Positions 25,788 through 38,032 of a DNA stretch of 64,000 bases are shown one piece after another (positions within the stretch are counted from its first letter, which is position 1; the number at the start of each line of letters is the position of its first letter). Both the position numbers and the translations under genes were made by a program. The notes below the pieces were generated by a model that was not told the DNA's origin, made no database searches, and saw only the letters and a list, made by a program, of their open reading frames with translations. The stretch comes from Phoronis australis (lineage: Eukaryota > Animalia > Phoronida): NCBI GenBank assembly GCA_002633005.1, contig NMRA01000033.1:622233-686232 (forward strand). The letters run 5' to 3'.

Positions 25788-26095
25788 TGCGACGGGGCAC
25801 TGCCGGGAATCAACACAGACGGAATGGCATCCTTCTTCAGGCGTTGTTTCACAGGGACCTTCATCAGTTCAGCATACAAATCACTTTCGTAACCGGAGGG
25901 CAGAAAGTGCTTGCCACACACACGGTAATTCTCCACTGCTTTGTACGTTGCGTGGACGGGTAACGCTGCGTTCTTCACACGAACGAGCCAAGTACGGCGA
26001 AGTGTGTCATCCATCGGAAAGCGATGCAAAGGTACTCCCAAAGCGCGCGTGAGCCGATAATTAGTACATTCCGGTACGCAGCAACAGTGTGGCAT
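25788..26095 (-). CDS. THAP (C2CH zinc finger) domain ORF, N-terminus of a probable Kolobok transposase, truncated by the gap
   Basis: MPHCCCVPEC...HRFP...W...VCGKHF...LKKDAIPS contains the THAP signature: CxxPxC, FP, W, CxxHF and an AVPT-like box. Confidence 0.88.
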
Positions 26096-26360
26096 GTTGA
26101 CTGACTAGTAAATGAAAGCAAACGACGATGGAACTTAACACAACCGAGGTAGAACAATGACTGACTCGGCAGCTCTCACAGTCAGACTATATGAAAAGAA
26201 ATTGGCGTGAAATGCTTGCCTCCTAAAACGTCACTTCCGCAGTAGCGGACGAGTAATTAATAAAATTACGAAAAGCTGTAATTAAGTGGAAAATATGTCT
26301 AGGATAACCAACCAACCTTATTTTAGCTCAAAATGACATGGAAAAAGGTTGCCTTCGCCT
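25788..26360 (-). mobile_element. One end of a Kolobok-like DNA transposon
   Basis: Minus strand reads TTAA|AGGCGAAGGCAACC: a purine-purine terminus next to TTAA (26361-26364), with a THAP ORF starting 265 bp inside; the same TTAA is empty in copy A (23609-23612). Confidence 0.75.
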
Positions 26361-28384
26361 TTAACATGACTTTCAAAGCAGACGATATCTGACAATGCAA
26401 AGCCAAGTAAGTGCTATTTTCATTGGTCAGTCGTTCACGAACTAACTGCAACTGACCAATAATGAAAGGGAAATCTTGTATGCAAATTAAATTACACAAT
26501 AGTACTCAGGATACGTTATATTAAGCTCTGGACTATTTCCATTCTTATCCGGTGTTTTCTGCCTTGATCATCACTGATGGAGCTTTAAAACAGATAATTT
26601 CAGAAATATTTCAACTTTCAGCTGATTTTTTAAGATGAAATAACTGCTCAAAATTTGAAAACCCATACAAAGTGATTTTTAAGTTCTAAAAGTATGTAGA
26701 ATACGGATAATTCCGGAACAGTTGGCAGCCCCGAAGATGTGTTTCAAGAAAATATATTACGACAATGTTTCCTTCTCCAAAAATGGTGGATCCAAGTTCT
26801 TTTGCCCAATAAACTCTCCGTGGACAAAGTTGCTGATCCACCACCGACCAACATCCAGATTTGAATCCCTTGGAGAGATTTCATCTCTAATGTACAGTTG
26901 TAGTTTTTCAATTGCATTGTGCGACAACAGAGTGCATTGGGTGACATCACAGAAGACAATTTGTGGACGTGTAACCCGATTCATAATTTGCATTGCATGA
27001 TCAGATGGCACGTGCCTCCAGAATCTTTCGCGATTCTATTCATTTTGAGGCTTGATTTCGATTTTCTATTTTGTTATAATAGTCAATTTACCGTTATTGC
27101 ACTAAAACCATGTTGCAGTACACCCGTGCTTTCTCAACTTTGGTTCACATAAGTGACAAGTGACGTTCCTCGTAGCATTGTTTAGAGGTCAGCAAGTCAT
27201 CTGTGTCATCACCAGATGGTTAGGAGCGACAACCCCCCAACAAGAAATTCGAAAAACGACAACAGTGTTGGTTATGAAATGCCCCAAATTATGAATGCTG
27301 GTACTCTAACAAGATGAAACAGAGTCGCGTCAAGAACAAAGCGAACAGATAGCGAATTATGTTGTGATTTTTGAGAAAAGAAACAGTAATGCAGAACACT
27401 ACATAGCTCTAAGTGAAAGTAATTTCCAAAATGATACGTGAGCAAGGGAGCCATATTTGATTTCATGGGAAACACACGATGGCCGTACACAAAACATTTG
27501 GTCATAAAAATCCAATTTCACAAACTTAGAGCATTAACAAGAATTCACGCAAATCCAAAAATGGCATTTTTGCTCACAAGCATTTCACATTTTTGAAGAC
27601 TTTCACTACTGCATAAAAGAAGCCAAACGCATAACAACATGGCTAATAGTAAGACTTCCTATTCTCATTTTATCTGTCACCCGCACAGACCTCTTGCCAG
27701 CTCAACATTTCCTAACTGTAAAATTTAAATAAATTACATGAAAAAAACGAGCTCTAAATTATTTCTCTACATCCTACAACTGACTTCCCCTTTATAATAT
27801 AAATGGTAGACGATGTACCTTGTTCAGCCTCCTCTTGAGTGAGCAGGGTCAGTTCGACGTCGACCTTTCTCATGAACAAGTACATCTTAGACTGCATCTG
27901 TTTCATACATTTCTTGATGAACTGTACATATTCTGAAAAGTGAGTCACACTTTAGCAAAGACATACAATTGCAAACGTACTTAATAGCTCTAATGACAGG
28001 CATCCAGAAACAAAACAATGAACTCTTGGTCAAGAAGACACCTCATGGGTATAGAAAACAAAATATACTTAAGACAATTTTGCAGCAATAGGTAGCTCAA
28101 TTGTTTCAATCTTTCCTCGCTACTTTACAAACTTAATTTAAGACATTGGAGATAAGCTTCTCTAGTTTTCTAATGAAATCTAAACTTCTTGGCATGCATA
28201 ACGCATTACCTCTTGGAAAGTCGTCGGGTTGAACAAGCTCCCTGAAAAATTCGTAGGCAGTAGTAACGCGGTCCAAATATGTGGCCTCCTCAACAAACCA
28301 GAATTTGAGGACCCGCCTCTCAGGTAGGTGCTGATCCGTCTTCCTGTCAATCATCCAACACTTGAACTCCAGTTGGAGCTGTGG
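26361..28384. repeat. Copy B of the ~2-kb direct duplication
   Basis: Matches 23609-25581; begins exactly at the TTAA flanking the THAP element. Confidence 0.95.
27819..27932 (-). CDS. PNP-domain gene, internal exon (duplicate at 25015-25128)
   Basis: CTTTTCAG|AA to G|GTACAT, 114 bp, phase 1-1; YVQFIKKCMKQMQSKMYLFMRKVDVELTLLTQEEAEQ. Confidence 0.88.
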
Positions 28385-28404
28385 AGGGCTGTCGTCTGCA
28401 TCTT
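28210..28404 (-). CDS. PNP-domain gene, internal exon (frame also open upstream to an ATG at 28456)
   Basis: CCTTGTAG|AA to G|GTAATG, 195 bp, phase 1-1; DADDSPPQLQLEFKCWMIDRKTDQHLPERRVLKFWF...FFRELVQPDDFPR. Confidence 0.88.
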
Positions 28405-28650
28405 CTACAAGGTGTGGATAGCAGACAATAAGCGGCACTTCCAGATAGTCATCCATTTATTTATCCTAGCTTTCAAAACAGTTGACACATTTCATCGACA
28501 TTAGTCCCACTTTGTCGAAATTATGGCACAAAACAAGAAGAAAACTAGACGACAGTGGGAGTTGCGACTTAACAAGAACTGAAAGACTCCACATCAAAAT
28601 AAACCAGCAAAATCTAAGCATTATTGCCAGTGTCATCAATTGAGCAGCAA

Positions 28651-28660
28651 GCGCCATCTT
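28651..28660 (-). promoter_or_regulatory. YY1-type AAGATGGCG motif, possible internal promoter
   Basis: GCGCCATCTT on + equals AAGATGGCGC on -, about 200 bp upstream of the in-frame ATG at 28456. Confidence 0.35.
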
Positions 28661-28977
28661 CTGCCATTTACTGGCTATTCAAAAGAAGTCAGAACATAAC
28701 TGATTACTCCAAAAAGAGTGACTAACAAAAAATGAATATTTTCAGATCCTTACACGTTCTCGACCATTATTTCTTCATCTTGTAATGTAACAACCTGTAT
28801 TTATTATTTATCAAAAAAAAATTTTATCCGACCAACCAATTCAAAAATCCGGTGTTCTGAACTTAGCCACATTTTTCTAGGTTTAGCTAACTTCGACACT
28901 GTTCAAGGGTTGGACAATTTCAACATTTATCTAGGGTTTCTCAAACCTTAACAATATTTGCCATCCATGGGTCATAC

Positions 28978-29118
28978 CTGTAGCCTGTTTATTGACTACT
29001 AGTCCCTTGTTCTGACCACCGCCCTCGTGAACCACTTCGGACAGGTCCAGTCTCTTGACCCGTTCAATCTTCAGCTTGGTCGTCCGTCCCTTCTTGGACG
29101 GCGTCAATACAACTTGCT
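28978..29118 (-). CDS. PNP-domain gene, most 5' coding exon identified
   Basis: CTTTACCCCCTACAG|AG to G|GTATGA, 141 bp, phase 1-1, GC-rich codons like the other exons; QVVLTPSKKGRTTKLKIERVKRLDLSEVVHEGGGQNKGLVVNKQAT joins in frame to 28404. Confidence 0.8.
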
Positions 29119-31490
29119 CTGTAGGGGGTAAAGATGAGTAATGTAATGGCCTGCTTCTAATGCTCACAACAGCACGTCAAATCAACCTATTTTGAATTAT
29201 CAAAAACAACGGCCACAAGTTTTTAAATATTTCTTTTATCATGCAGCAACATTTTTTCTTGACTAGAGTACAGTACAATTGCTCAAGATAAGTTAATATG
29301 TAATTCTTAATTGTTCAAGATGCATTTTGCCATGTTTGGATGGCTAAAAATCGAAAATCGAACAAACCCACTTACTCTCATAAAATAGGCTCATGCTATT
29401 CTTTACCAAGATCTAATTCTATTTCTGTTATCAACAAGAATATCAAAACCCTCACTTACTCACAAAAACACTAACACAGTTTATTGGGGTTCAAAAATCC
29501 TAAAATTGCGAAAGTGGCGCTGCTATGCACTGCCTGTGATTGAGTTGGAACAGAAATTGAATCCTCTCTCATGGTAAAGAATATTACAAGAATTTATGAG
29601 CATAAAAGGTCTAATTCTATTACCATTTTTAGCCAGCTAAATAGGACAAAATGCAGGTTTTAAATTAGTATAAAATCAGATATGCCATACTGAACAATCA
29701 GAATTCAATTAAACTATTTTCTTCTGTTGGGTTTTTATAGAGCAGTTACTCAGTGCATCACTAGTACACAAAGTTTATGGCTGCCTATCAGATACAGTGC
29801 ATGGAATCACTTCTTAAAAGGTTACGTCCAATCTAAATCAAGCTTTCAGATAACCTTCAACCTTCAAGGAACGTTTGTTCAAAAAAGTCACATACTGTAT
29901 GAAACAAAACCTAAATTGCTGTCCTTGACATTTCTTTTGACAATTATATATGAGTCAAATAAGCGAGTTCTATGAATTCATCTGCGTGGCAAATTCTGAT
30001 GGGCCATTTTCAAGCCTTATGCCTTAGAAGCTTTTGGCATAAATTGAGAATTTTCAGACATCCATAGTTCAGAAAATATACTCTAACGGGATGATATTGG
30101 GTAGTTGCACAGTCAGTTGATGAACTGTGAAAGAACTTCACTAATGTTAACTAATAACTAAGATGAATATTAATCATACCTTACATAACGATTATTAAGC
30201 AACCACCAGTCCTATAAACCCAGCCTAAGGGCCAGACAAATCAGAAAAATATAGATCAACAGGATCTTATTCACCAAGGATAACCCAGTATCCATGGCAA
30301 CAAGTTATCTAGTTCCTGCTTCAACAGTGACTACAGATGAATCAGTTACTGTGAATGAGGAAAACGTAAAAACCACCCATCACAATTTCCTCAATCATAG
30401 GCATCGAAATTGTTACGTCAGAAAATGTTATGGCCAGACTGTGTCAAATAATAAATCCAAGAAGTTTTCATCTATGACAATCCATAATCAAACATTGCAT
30501 TTTTGTAATTTTGTTCTCAAGGGTTTGGTAAAAGGAAAGTTGAAAAATCAGCAATCCCATGTCAATTCGGTAAATATGACAAGCAGATCACAGCCATGAT
30601 GTTAAAATGAGAATGACAAGCGAAATGATTCGCATAAAATGGGTCACACAAAGTGACATTTAATTGCAATTTAGCTATCACTTAAACTTGTTAGAAACGG
30701 GCGCAAAACCATATGCAGTAACAACGTAAAAGAATCTAGTGATGAATTTTGGATGACGTAATCCTGTTTTTTATCAACCAAAATAATTTTACTCAGAAAA
30801 CTTTTATAACGGAACATGATTTACCTGGTATCCTGAATTCCACCAAATTTGACTGGAATATTCATGAGTTGCCATGGTTTGTTTACTCAATTAAGAGTAG
30901 TATAGTATCAATGTCAGCATGAATCCTTGGATACATGATAACGAATGCTGGTATAACAATACCTGTGGTAAGACAGCAAATTCTCATCATCTAGATGGCA
31001 GTTCTGGCAGATGTCAATAGAAAATCACTTAACGCAAGTGCAGGGAGAGGAAAGTGCCCATATGAACAAAATTGTGCAGACATTTATAGTAAACGTCAAA
31101 AGAATTCAGACAAAATGACCCAGAGGAGTTCCCCATCATGACAGTTGGGCACAAGCCAAATTTTGAACAGCTTTACCCCATGACCGAAAATGATTCAATA
31201 AAAAAGTTAGTAAGGTGACTAAGCCAATCTATGATTAGAATTTTGTCGCCGTTACAGTTATTACCAATCAATTTTGTTGTTAACAGCGTCATTCGTCACA
31301 AAGGTGAAACAGTATTTTGTCTGTTTACTTTGGTCATGTACTATAGCTGAGTACATTTTCCCAACCACGCTATCATATGAAAGTGGGAACAAAAATTGCT
31401 GATCACTTCTTCCTTAGACCCTGTTGCACTAAACTTGCTCTTAGAGTGACCGAGCCAGTCTGAACATCTCCATGAGCGAAACTGGATCCA

Positions 31491-32549
31491 CAGGCCTTTA
31501 TGCAGTGTAGTCCTGGGCGTCCAAATGGACACCTTAGCATTAAACTAGAGCCATGGCAAGGACCCCCAATGTATCATTTGGAGGCCCACTGTCCCCTGAA
31601 CCTATCAAGTTTGGACACACACATTGTAATGATTACTAGGAAGCCTGGGCATATAACTACTGGCTCTTTTTTCAAAGCAGGAAGAAATCATACAATGTAC
31701 TTACAAAGTATACAATGTTGCTATGTTTACACTTGATTGACAGCATTGAGTATCCACAATACCTTTCATGGATTAGCACTTTTGTTGTCAAAGTTTATTC
31801 CACTGCTGGCTATGCTCCCAGTGGTCTTAGCTCAATAACCCATTACTATATGTAGGCCCCCTATATATAGGGTTCATACGTTAGTGCAACTCCAAACTGG
31901 CGTTTCAGAGCTGTAACTTAATGATTTTCATCTTTTTTTAAAAACATCAAAAGCAAAATAAATGTCATTATTTTAATACTATATTGTGCCACAAAAATAT
32001 CTTAACATGCCCAATTTTTTGAGTTTGCGCCCGTTTCATGATTTTCAATGTGCGTTTTAATGTTTTAATATGGAACAGCAGTGACACCTGTTGCCAAAAT
32101 ATAAATCACACATCATAAGTGCATTTTTCTTATTTTGTAACTGCAGCTCTGATGACTCATTTTACAGAATATTAAAGCTACTTAAAATGATATGACAAAC
32201 TTTATAACATCAATTTGACTCAAAATCATCAAAAACGTAGTGCACTCATCATTTAACCAATGTCTCTTATATTTATTTGGTAAGATAACTGGCTTTTTTT
32301 TCTTAAATTTAGATGTAAAAGTCGTGGTCTAAACAGTTTCTTTTAGTAAAAAAGCTCACTACAGAAGGCTGTTTTGTAAACTTAGATGTAAAAACCTTGG
32401 TCTACACATTTTTTTGGAAAAAACTGTGTGTGGGGGATTGCTGGTGAACGGTCCTGGGGGTTGGATTACGCGTCGGAATCATGGACGCCCTGGAATATTG
32501 GGAACTCCATTTTGGACACCCTATTTTCGAAATCCTGGATTAAGGCCTG
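31491..32549. mobile_element. hAT-like MITE (family of 39499-39980) with ~550 bp extra internal sequence
   Basis: CAGGCCTT...AAGGCCTG termini; 31491-31745 and ~32310-32549 align with the 39499-39980 copy; no clean TSD. Confidence 0.75.
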
Positions 32550-34059
32550 GGATAGATGGTAACAAGCGACAAAAACATGCTTCGAAAGCTATACCAGCAA
32601 TACTGTTCTTTACAATGCTTACCGGGTTAATCAGTTCCCATTTGTGTTTTGCCTCATTTCAACAACACTATGCTGATGTGACAGGGACTTAAGTGATGCT
32701 TATGTCCCCATGGGCCGATGTGCTGGAACAAGATGTTTTAGAACAAGTTGCATGCTTTATATACGTACCATTGTCTGCCATGATGGTCTCATCCAATCAC
32801 CACGTCCAGCTCTGATGGTCGGCCTCAGTACACCTTCAACTGGAAAAGAAGAAGAAGCAAGTACAAGCCACCGTTCAACACAACAAAACATTTCTACAGC
32901 TGCAATGATTCCATGGAAGCAGTCAGAAACCAGGAGTGCCTTCAATGTAATTTGAGTACATGTTTTTTCAGGCAAGAATGAAAGTTCAAGTTCTTTTTTG
33001 ACATTTCAAATTACCACAGGTTTTCTTGGTTCGAAGACTGAAACCATCAATGACAAGACTTGATCTAACGCATTAAATGGCAAACTACATTCTACACCAG
33101 CTGCATTATGTATATAAGTAATGACCAAACATAATCACCGAAATTGCTAAATTAATATCACAATATATTATCTTCACTAACTCCATTCAATGTAGAGGAA
33201 CCCACAACTGACATGTTTAAGATATATGCAGTCAAAATGACATAAACCAAGTTTCAAGAATATATCTTAAAGCAGCATTTCCAAGCCTGCAACCCTTTAA
33301 GAGTTTATTTAATTTTTAAAACCTCGTTCCAAGTATCAGACTGTTTTCAAATTTTCTTTTATCACTACACTTAATATTGAAACTATATATTGTCTTCTAT
33401 CCTAACTCACTTAGAAAAGCACGCATCACCTATGGACTTCTCTTGAAGTTAGAATTGCATTGTTAAGCCAATTATTTCGTATCAGTAGCCAAAGGGGGTG
33501 AGACAGAATGCACCCCCCAGCTTCAGCTGGGTTAACTCTATTTCTAATTGAATCCAGATGAAAGATCTGAGAGGTGAACAACTGACAACCTAGGCAAAGA
33601 AAACAGTCAGATAAGGAGGGGAGTGGGCATAAGGCAAATGTCCATGAGATTTGCACCTGTCTGATGCAATACCTGGTTATGGACATGAGCTATGATGAAG
33701 AATAACTATAGAAGAAACAAGGCTAACGGAGAACAAATCAACTCTGTACTTTACCACAGCATGCCAGAACTTAAGGGAATTTAATCCAGTGGGAAAAGAA
33801 CATAAGTTTACAGTTCGCTAGTCACATGATTTGGATGACCTGAATTCATCCCACACACATGCCACTTGCTCATACTACAGCAGACAAATTATGTCTGAGG
33901 CTTAGGTCATCCATGATTTATTACAAAACCACCAACTGCTAATTATAGTCATGCAAGTGTGAAGGCAGTGGTTGGACTCCTCTACACATGTGAGTGAATC
34001 AGTGTGAGTTACCAAACTAACTATGATCATTGACATCAGTAAACAATGAAGCTTCTTAA

Positions 34060-34555
34060 AGGGGCATACAATGTTAAAAACAGGCTACATTGCATTATTC
34101 AAAATGGTTCTCTGCCACTGAAACAGAAGTCAAGCTGTTCACCAGGTAGTTCTACAATTTGTTGGTAAAGATTTGCTTTGGTTTCAAATTTCAAAAAAAA
34201 TGATCTGCCAACTGGTCGTCACTTCCTCGATTTGTCTCCCACAAGGCAAAGCACCGTCTACATATTTGGTATGGCAAGACAGATTAGCACATTTCCCTAA
34301 CATGGAAAACGTGACCTTTGACCAATGATGTAAACAAAACAATGGCAATTTCAAGCAGCAGCCAGTCAGACTTCTTTGAGGGTATGTACCGAATTTAAAA
34401 ACAGTTTAGGGATGAAAAAATTTATATTTCATTTGTGTTTCAAAAATACTAAATCTGGCAAATTTTTCCAGAAATTCTTACAATATTCAAAGTGATTAAC
34501 TCTCACCAAGAAGTAGAATTGCCACGATCTGTTAGTTTTCGCATTCAATGCCTCT
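34060..34555. mobile_element. Possible non-autonomous Kolobok-like element
   Basis: TTAA|AGGGGCAT at left and ATGCCTCT|TTAA at right (7/8 inverted match); short TIR only. Confidence 0.45.
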
Positions 34556-37269
34556 TTAAAAATTAGTAGAGATGCCATCAAGGACGATTGGTCTGCATAA
34601 AATATGCAATTCAAGCTGAGAGTTTTGAACACAGGGAATTAAAACAAAAAAAAAACAACTGCACATTTACCTCAAACCCATTTTGTGCACACATTTCAAA
34701 ATCACATTGTCTGATCAGTTAAACATTTCTCGGAACAGATATGATGTTGTACTGGTTTCCATAGATCTTGTGAGATTCAGATACGGGTAATGGAACCTTA
34801 GTTTTGGTGATTTTCAGGTGTCAAACTTTGACTTATAACAAGAACTAGTAATTCAGAAAATAAACCAAACCCTAATACTATGACATGGTGATAAACACAA
34901 GGTTTAAACACTGTTAACAACATCATGTCTCACTCAAAGAGAACACCTTGCTTCCGAAATGTGGAGAATTGTTGCATTTATAAATGAAGTACTGAATTCT
35001 TCAAATTTCAGTAGTAGCATAAAACCAGACTTGTACAAACCAGACAGCAGCTCCAGGAATGCTGAATGACAGGTGATGTAGTAATTTCGTCTCACTTTTC
35101 ACCAAACCAACTTGACAACACAAAGAGGTTGTCTTGCATATTATATGTGCCAGACACTTTCAAACTATGTAGGTGCATAACTTCCAAATAAACAGACAAG
35201 GTGTTTTAGGCAGAAACAACACTTGACACAGGGCCATAAGGAAACCTTCAAGACAGCACAACCCCTAACAAAGTCATTTAGTGACCAGGAGTTCAATCTA
35301 TATCTGTGGGCTGTATTTCTAAGGCAGCAGGTCATTTTTTCAACAAAACTGTGTACATGGCACACATTGATAGCCAGGTAAAAAGGTCACTAACAGCCAG
35401 TGTCAGTTACATGTACTATCAGAGACTGGATTTAATATCTTGCTATTGGCCCAATTAATACAGTTTAAAGTTCAAATCCCAGGGTTCCATGTTGTTTTAA
35501 GAAGTATGGCGATACAATGACATAATACTAAATACGTTGTTAACCATTAACAGAAAGCTGGATTTGCCAAGCCTAGCTCTCTAAAAAATGAAAATCAAAA
35601 TAGCATCAGGACTTTCACTCTCATAACATCGGTGTCACAGTATTCATTACCTTGATAGGATTCTAGTTCCATTACCAACAAGAACATCAATACCATCAGC
35701 GACTCAAGAAAACAATTTGTTTATTGGGACGGCATGAGATTGCCACACATGACTGTGTCACAGGATGAGCAAGTAAACCTAAGTAAAAATGTAAATAAAT
35801 GAAAAGCTTCATTGTTTTAATCCACCTTTTAAGCTTTGGTGCGCTGAGAAAAATGACTATATTTGGAGAAATTTACCGACTAAAATCCAGGTTTCCAGGA
35901 GCACTTGAGCGCAAATGGCAAATAAGGGTGAATTGATGGACTTACACAGAGACAACTGGGCTATTGGTATTAGTAATTTGTACGTCGGGTTCAATGAAAT
36001 GATTATTTTATTAGTATTGACCCTATGACTTGTGCTTAAACTTTGTGTACTAACACTTCTCTAGAAATAAACTGTTCGTTTCGTATCCAGTTAGCCATAT
36101 TTATTTGAAAAGATTCAACCATAGCTACTGTAGAATTTTTACCACAAGTTAATTACTTCTGCCAAGCAATGAGTTTTCTTGTACACAGTGGAAAAGGCAG
36201 CGGGTTTCTGGCACTGACTCAAAATCCAGATCAGCGCAACATCAGGACAACTGTGAAAAATGGGTACCATAGACAAATTAGACAATAGGGTTGACAAACT
36301 CTTATCACGACAATACCAATACCCTGCCTGTAGCCCAACCATTGCCTTTCCTTCACAATTTATGTGATACCACAGTGCACACTCAGTGCTATCCAGTTTT
36401 GTAAAAGACACAAGTACAACACTCATTCAACACTTGACAACTTGCAATCAAAACTATGCCAAGTGGCAAGCCCCAAAACAAAATCAGTGGCAGAGACAGA
36501 ACCTCTAACAAGAATATACAGTTAAGTTACAAACACAACTCCCCACACACAACATATGACATTCAAACTTACAAGAGATCTTTAACCTACCCTATAATAA
36601 CTGCAACACAAGAGCTGATACTATGGTTACTACTAATTCACTGTTGCCATGAATATCCATAAGAATCTTCAAGGCTTTGATGCACTGATGTTAAGTGACT
36701 GGTTGATGGCTTATCAGTGTTCAAACAGACCATAGTTAGCAAGTGTCTGCTGTCTGTCTCATGCCTATTTAGACTACAGTACTATGCAACATGTGTGGGT
36801 GTTACTGGTGCTTCTAAACATCATGTTACATCATTTGAGCTGTGACAACAAAACCAGCTGATGGTTTGTCACAGCCTGCTGGTGTTCCACATGCCTTCAG
36901 TGTCTCTCTACAGGTCCCTGCCCCCTTCCAGAAGGTCCTGCATGGTAAAGCTATGGCGACCTGAGCACCACGATTTTGTTGACCAAATTTGAACTCTGGC
37001 TTTAGCCTTATAAACTCCAAGCTTTTTCAGTAAATTCACACAGCAATTTGGAAACTATCACCTTTGAGGATTCAATGCCTACCGACTGCACTGCAAACAG
37101 TAAGCTTCTGGGGGTGTTTATTTTAGGATTATAAAAATGACCACTACACGCTGCATCTAACCCGTATGAAAATGGAAGACATCGTCGTCTCCCAAACAGA
37201 AATTTCTTTACATTTCATGAAAATCCATCAAGGAACTCCATAGGTTCACAGATCAATTTAAAAAGTGCC

Positions 37270-37436
37270 AATAGGGTAAACAGTTGCAGACGAGTCCGTC
37301 TGGAAACTGGCTTGCGCTGTTCCATCCGTGATAGGATAATGTCTGCACAATTTCACAAATATCCATCACAGGGTTTTGGAAATACGACAGCAGATGCTGG
37401 CCGGATGGTGATGACGGCATAACGACTGCATAAAAA
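37270..37436 (-). repeat. Diverged inverted fragment of the DINE-1/HINE-like family at 62387-63330
   Basis: Reverse complement (TTATGCCGTCATC..CATCCG..ATCTGCTG..TCCAAAACCC..GGATGGAACAGC) aligns with ~62420-62560. Confidence 0.65.
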
Positions 37437-38032
37437 TAACATTAGAAACAATTAAGAATGGTGTGCAGAGCAGGTAACTATTCACACAGTATACAGCTAA
37501 TTAAAACTCACAGCAAGGCAAGTCTTCCTAGTTCCATAAGTTCTATTGATCAAGAATTAAATATGATTAGAAACACAACACCCTCAGGACACTGGGCAAT
37601 TTTTCATTTTCTCAGTGAAATTAATTACATTATAACTGATTCACCAACTACTTCTTTTCCTGTTATGTAGCAAGCAGGATACAGGGGGAAAGACATCACA
37701 AGACAGGTCTCATTTAGTTGGTCCACCACTTTGTACACAAGTCCCATAAATGACCTGTAAGACCCTAATATACTTTTCTTAAGAATTCCATAATGGTCAT
37801 TTTAATCATTATCAGAGGAGGGCAAAGAATGAAGCCATGAATGCCTAACAGAGCTTAACAATAACTTCAGAATTTAGGGGAGCATGCTTAAATTTGGTCT
37901 TGGATGGAAGATAAAAGTGATAGTTAACTGCGGAGTAAATATGGTCATCAGCAAATGTAAAAATATCCATCATTCTCTAACTATAAGCACACAGTTGTTA
38001 CCCTAACATGTGCTTGACCCACTGTGTAAAAT

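Noticed and set aside
25330-26052. Long ORFs listed across the N-run
   Set aside because: Artefacts of translating through the gap; the THAP frame and the host exon are not shown to be fused.
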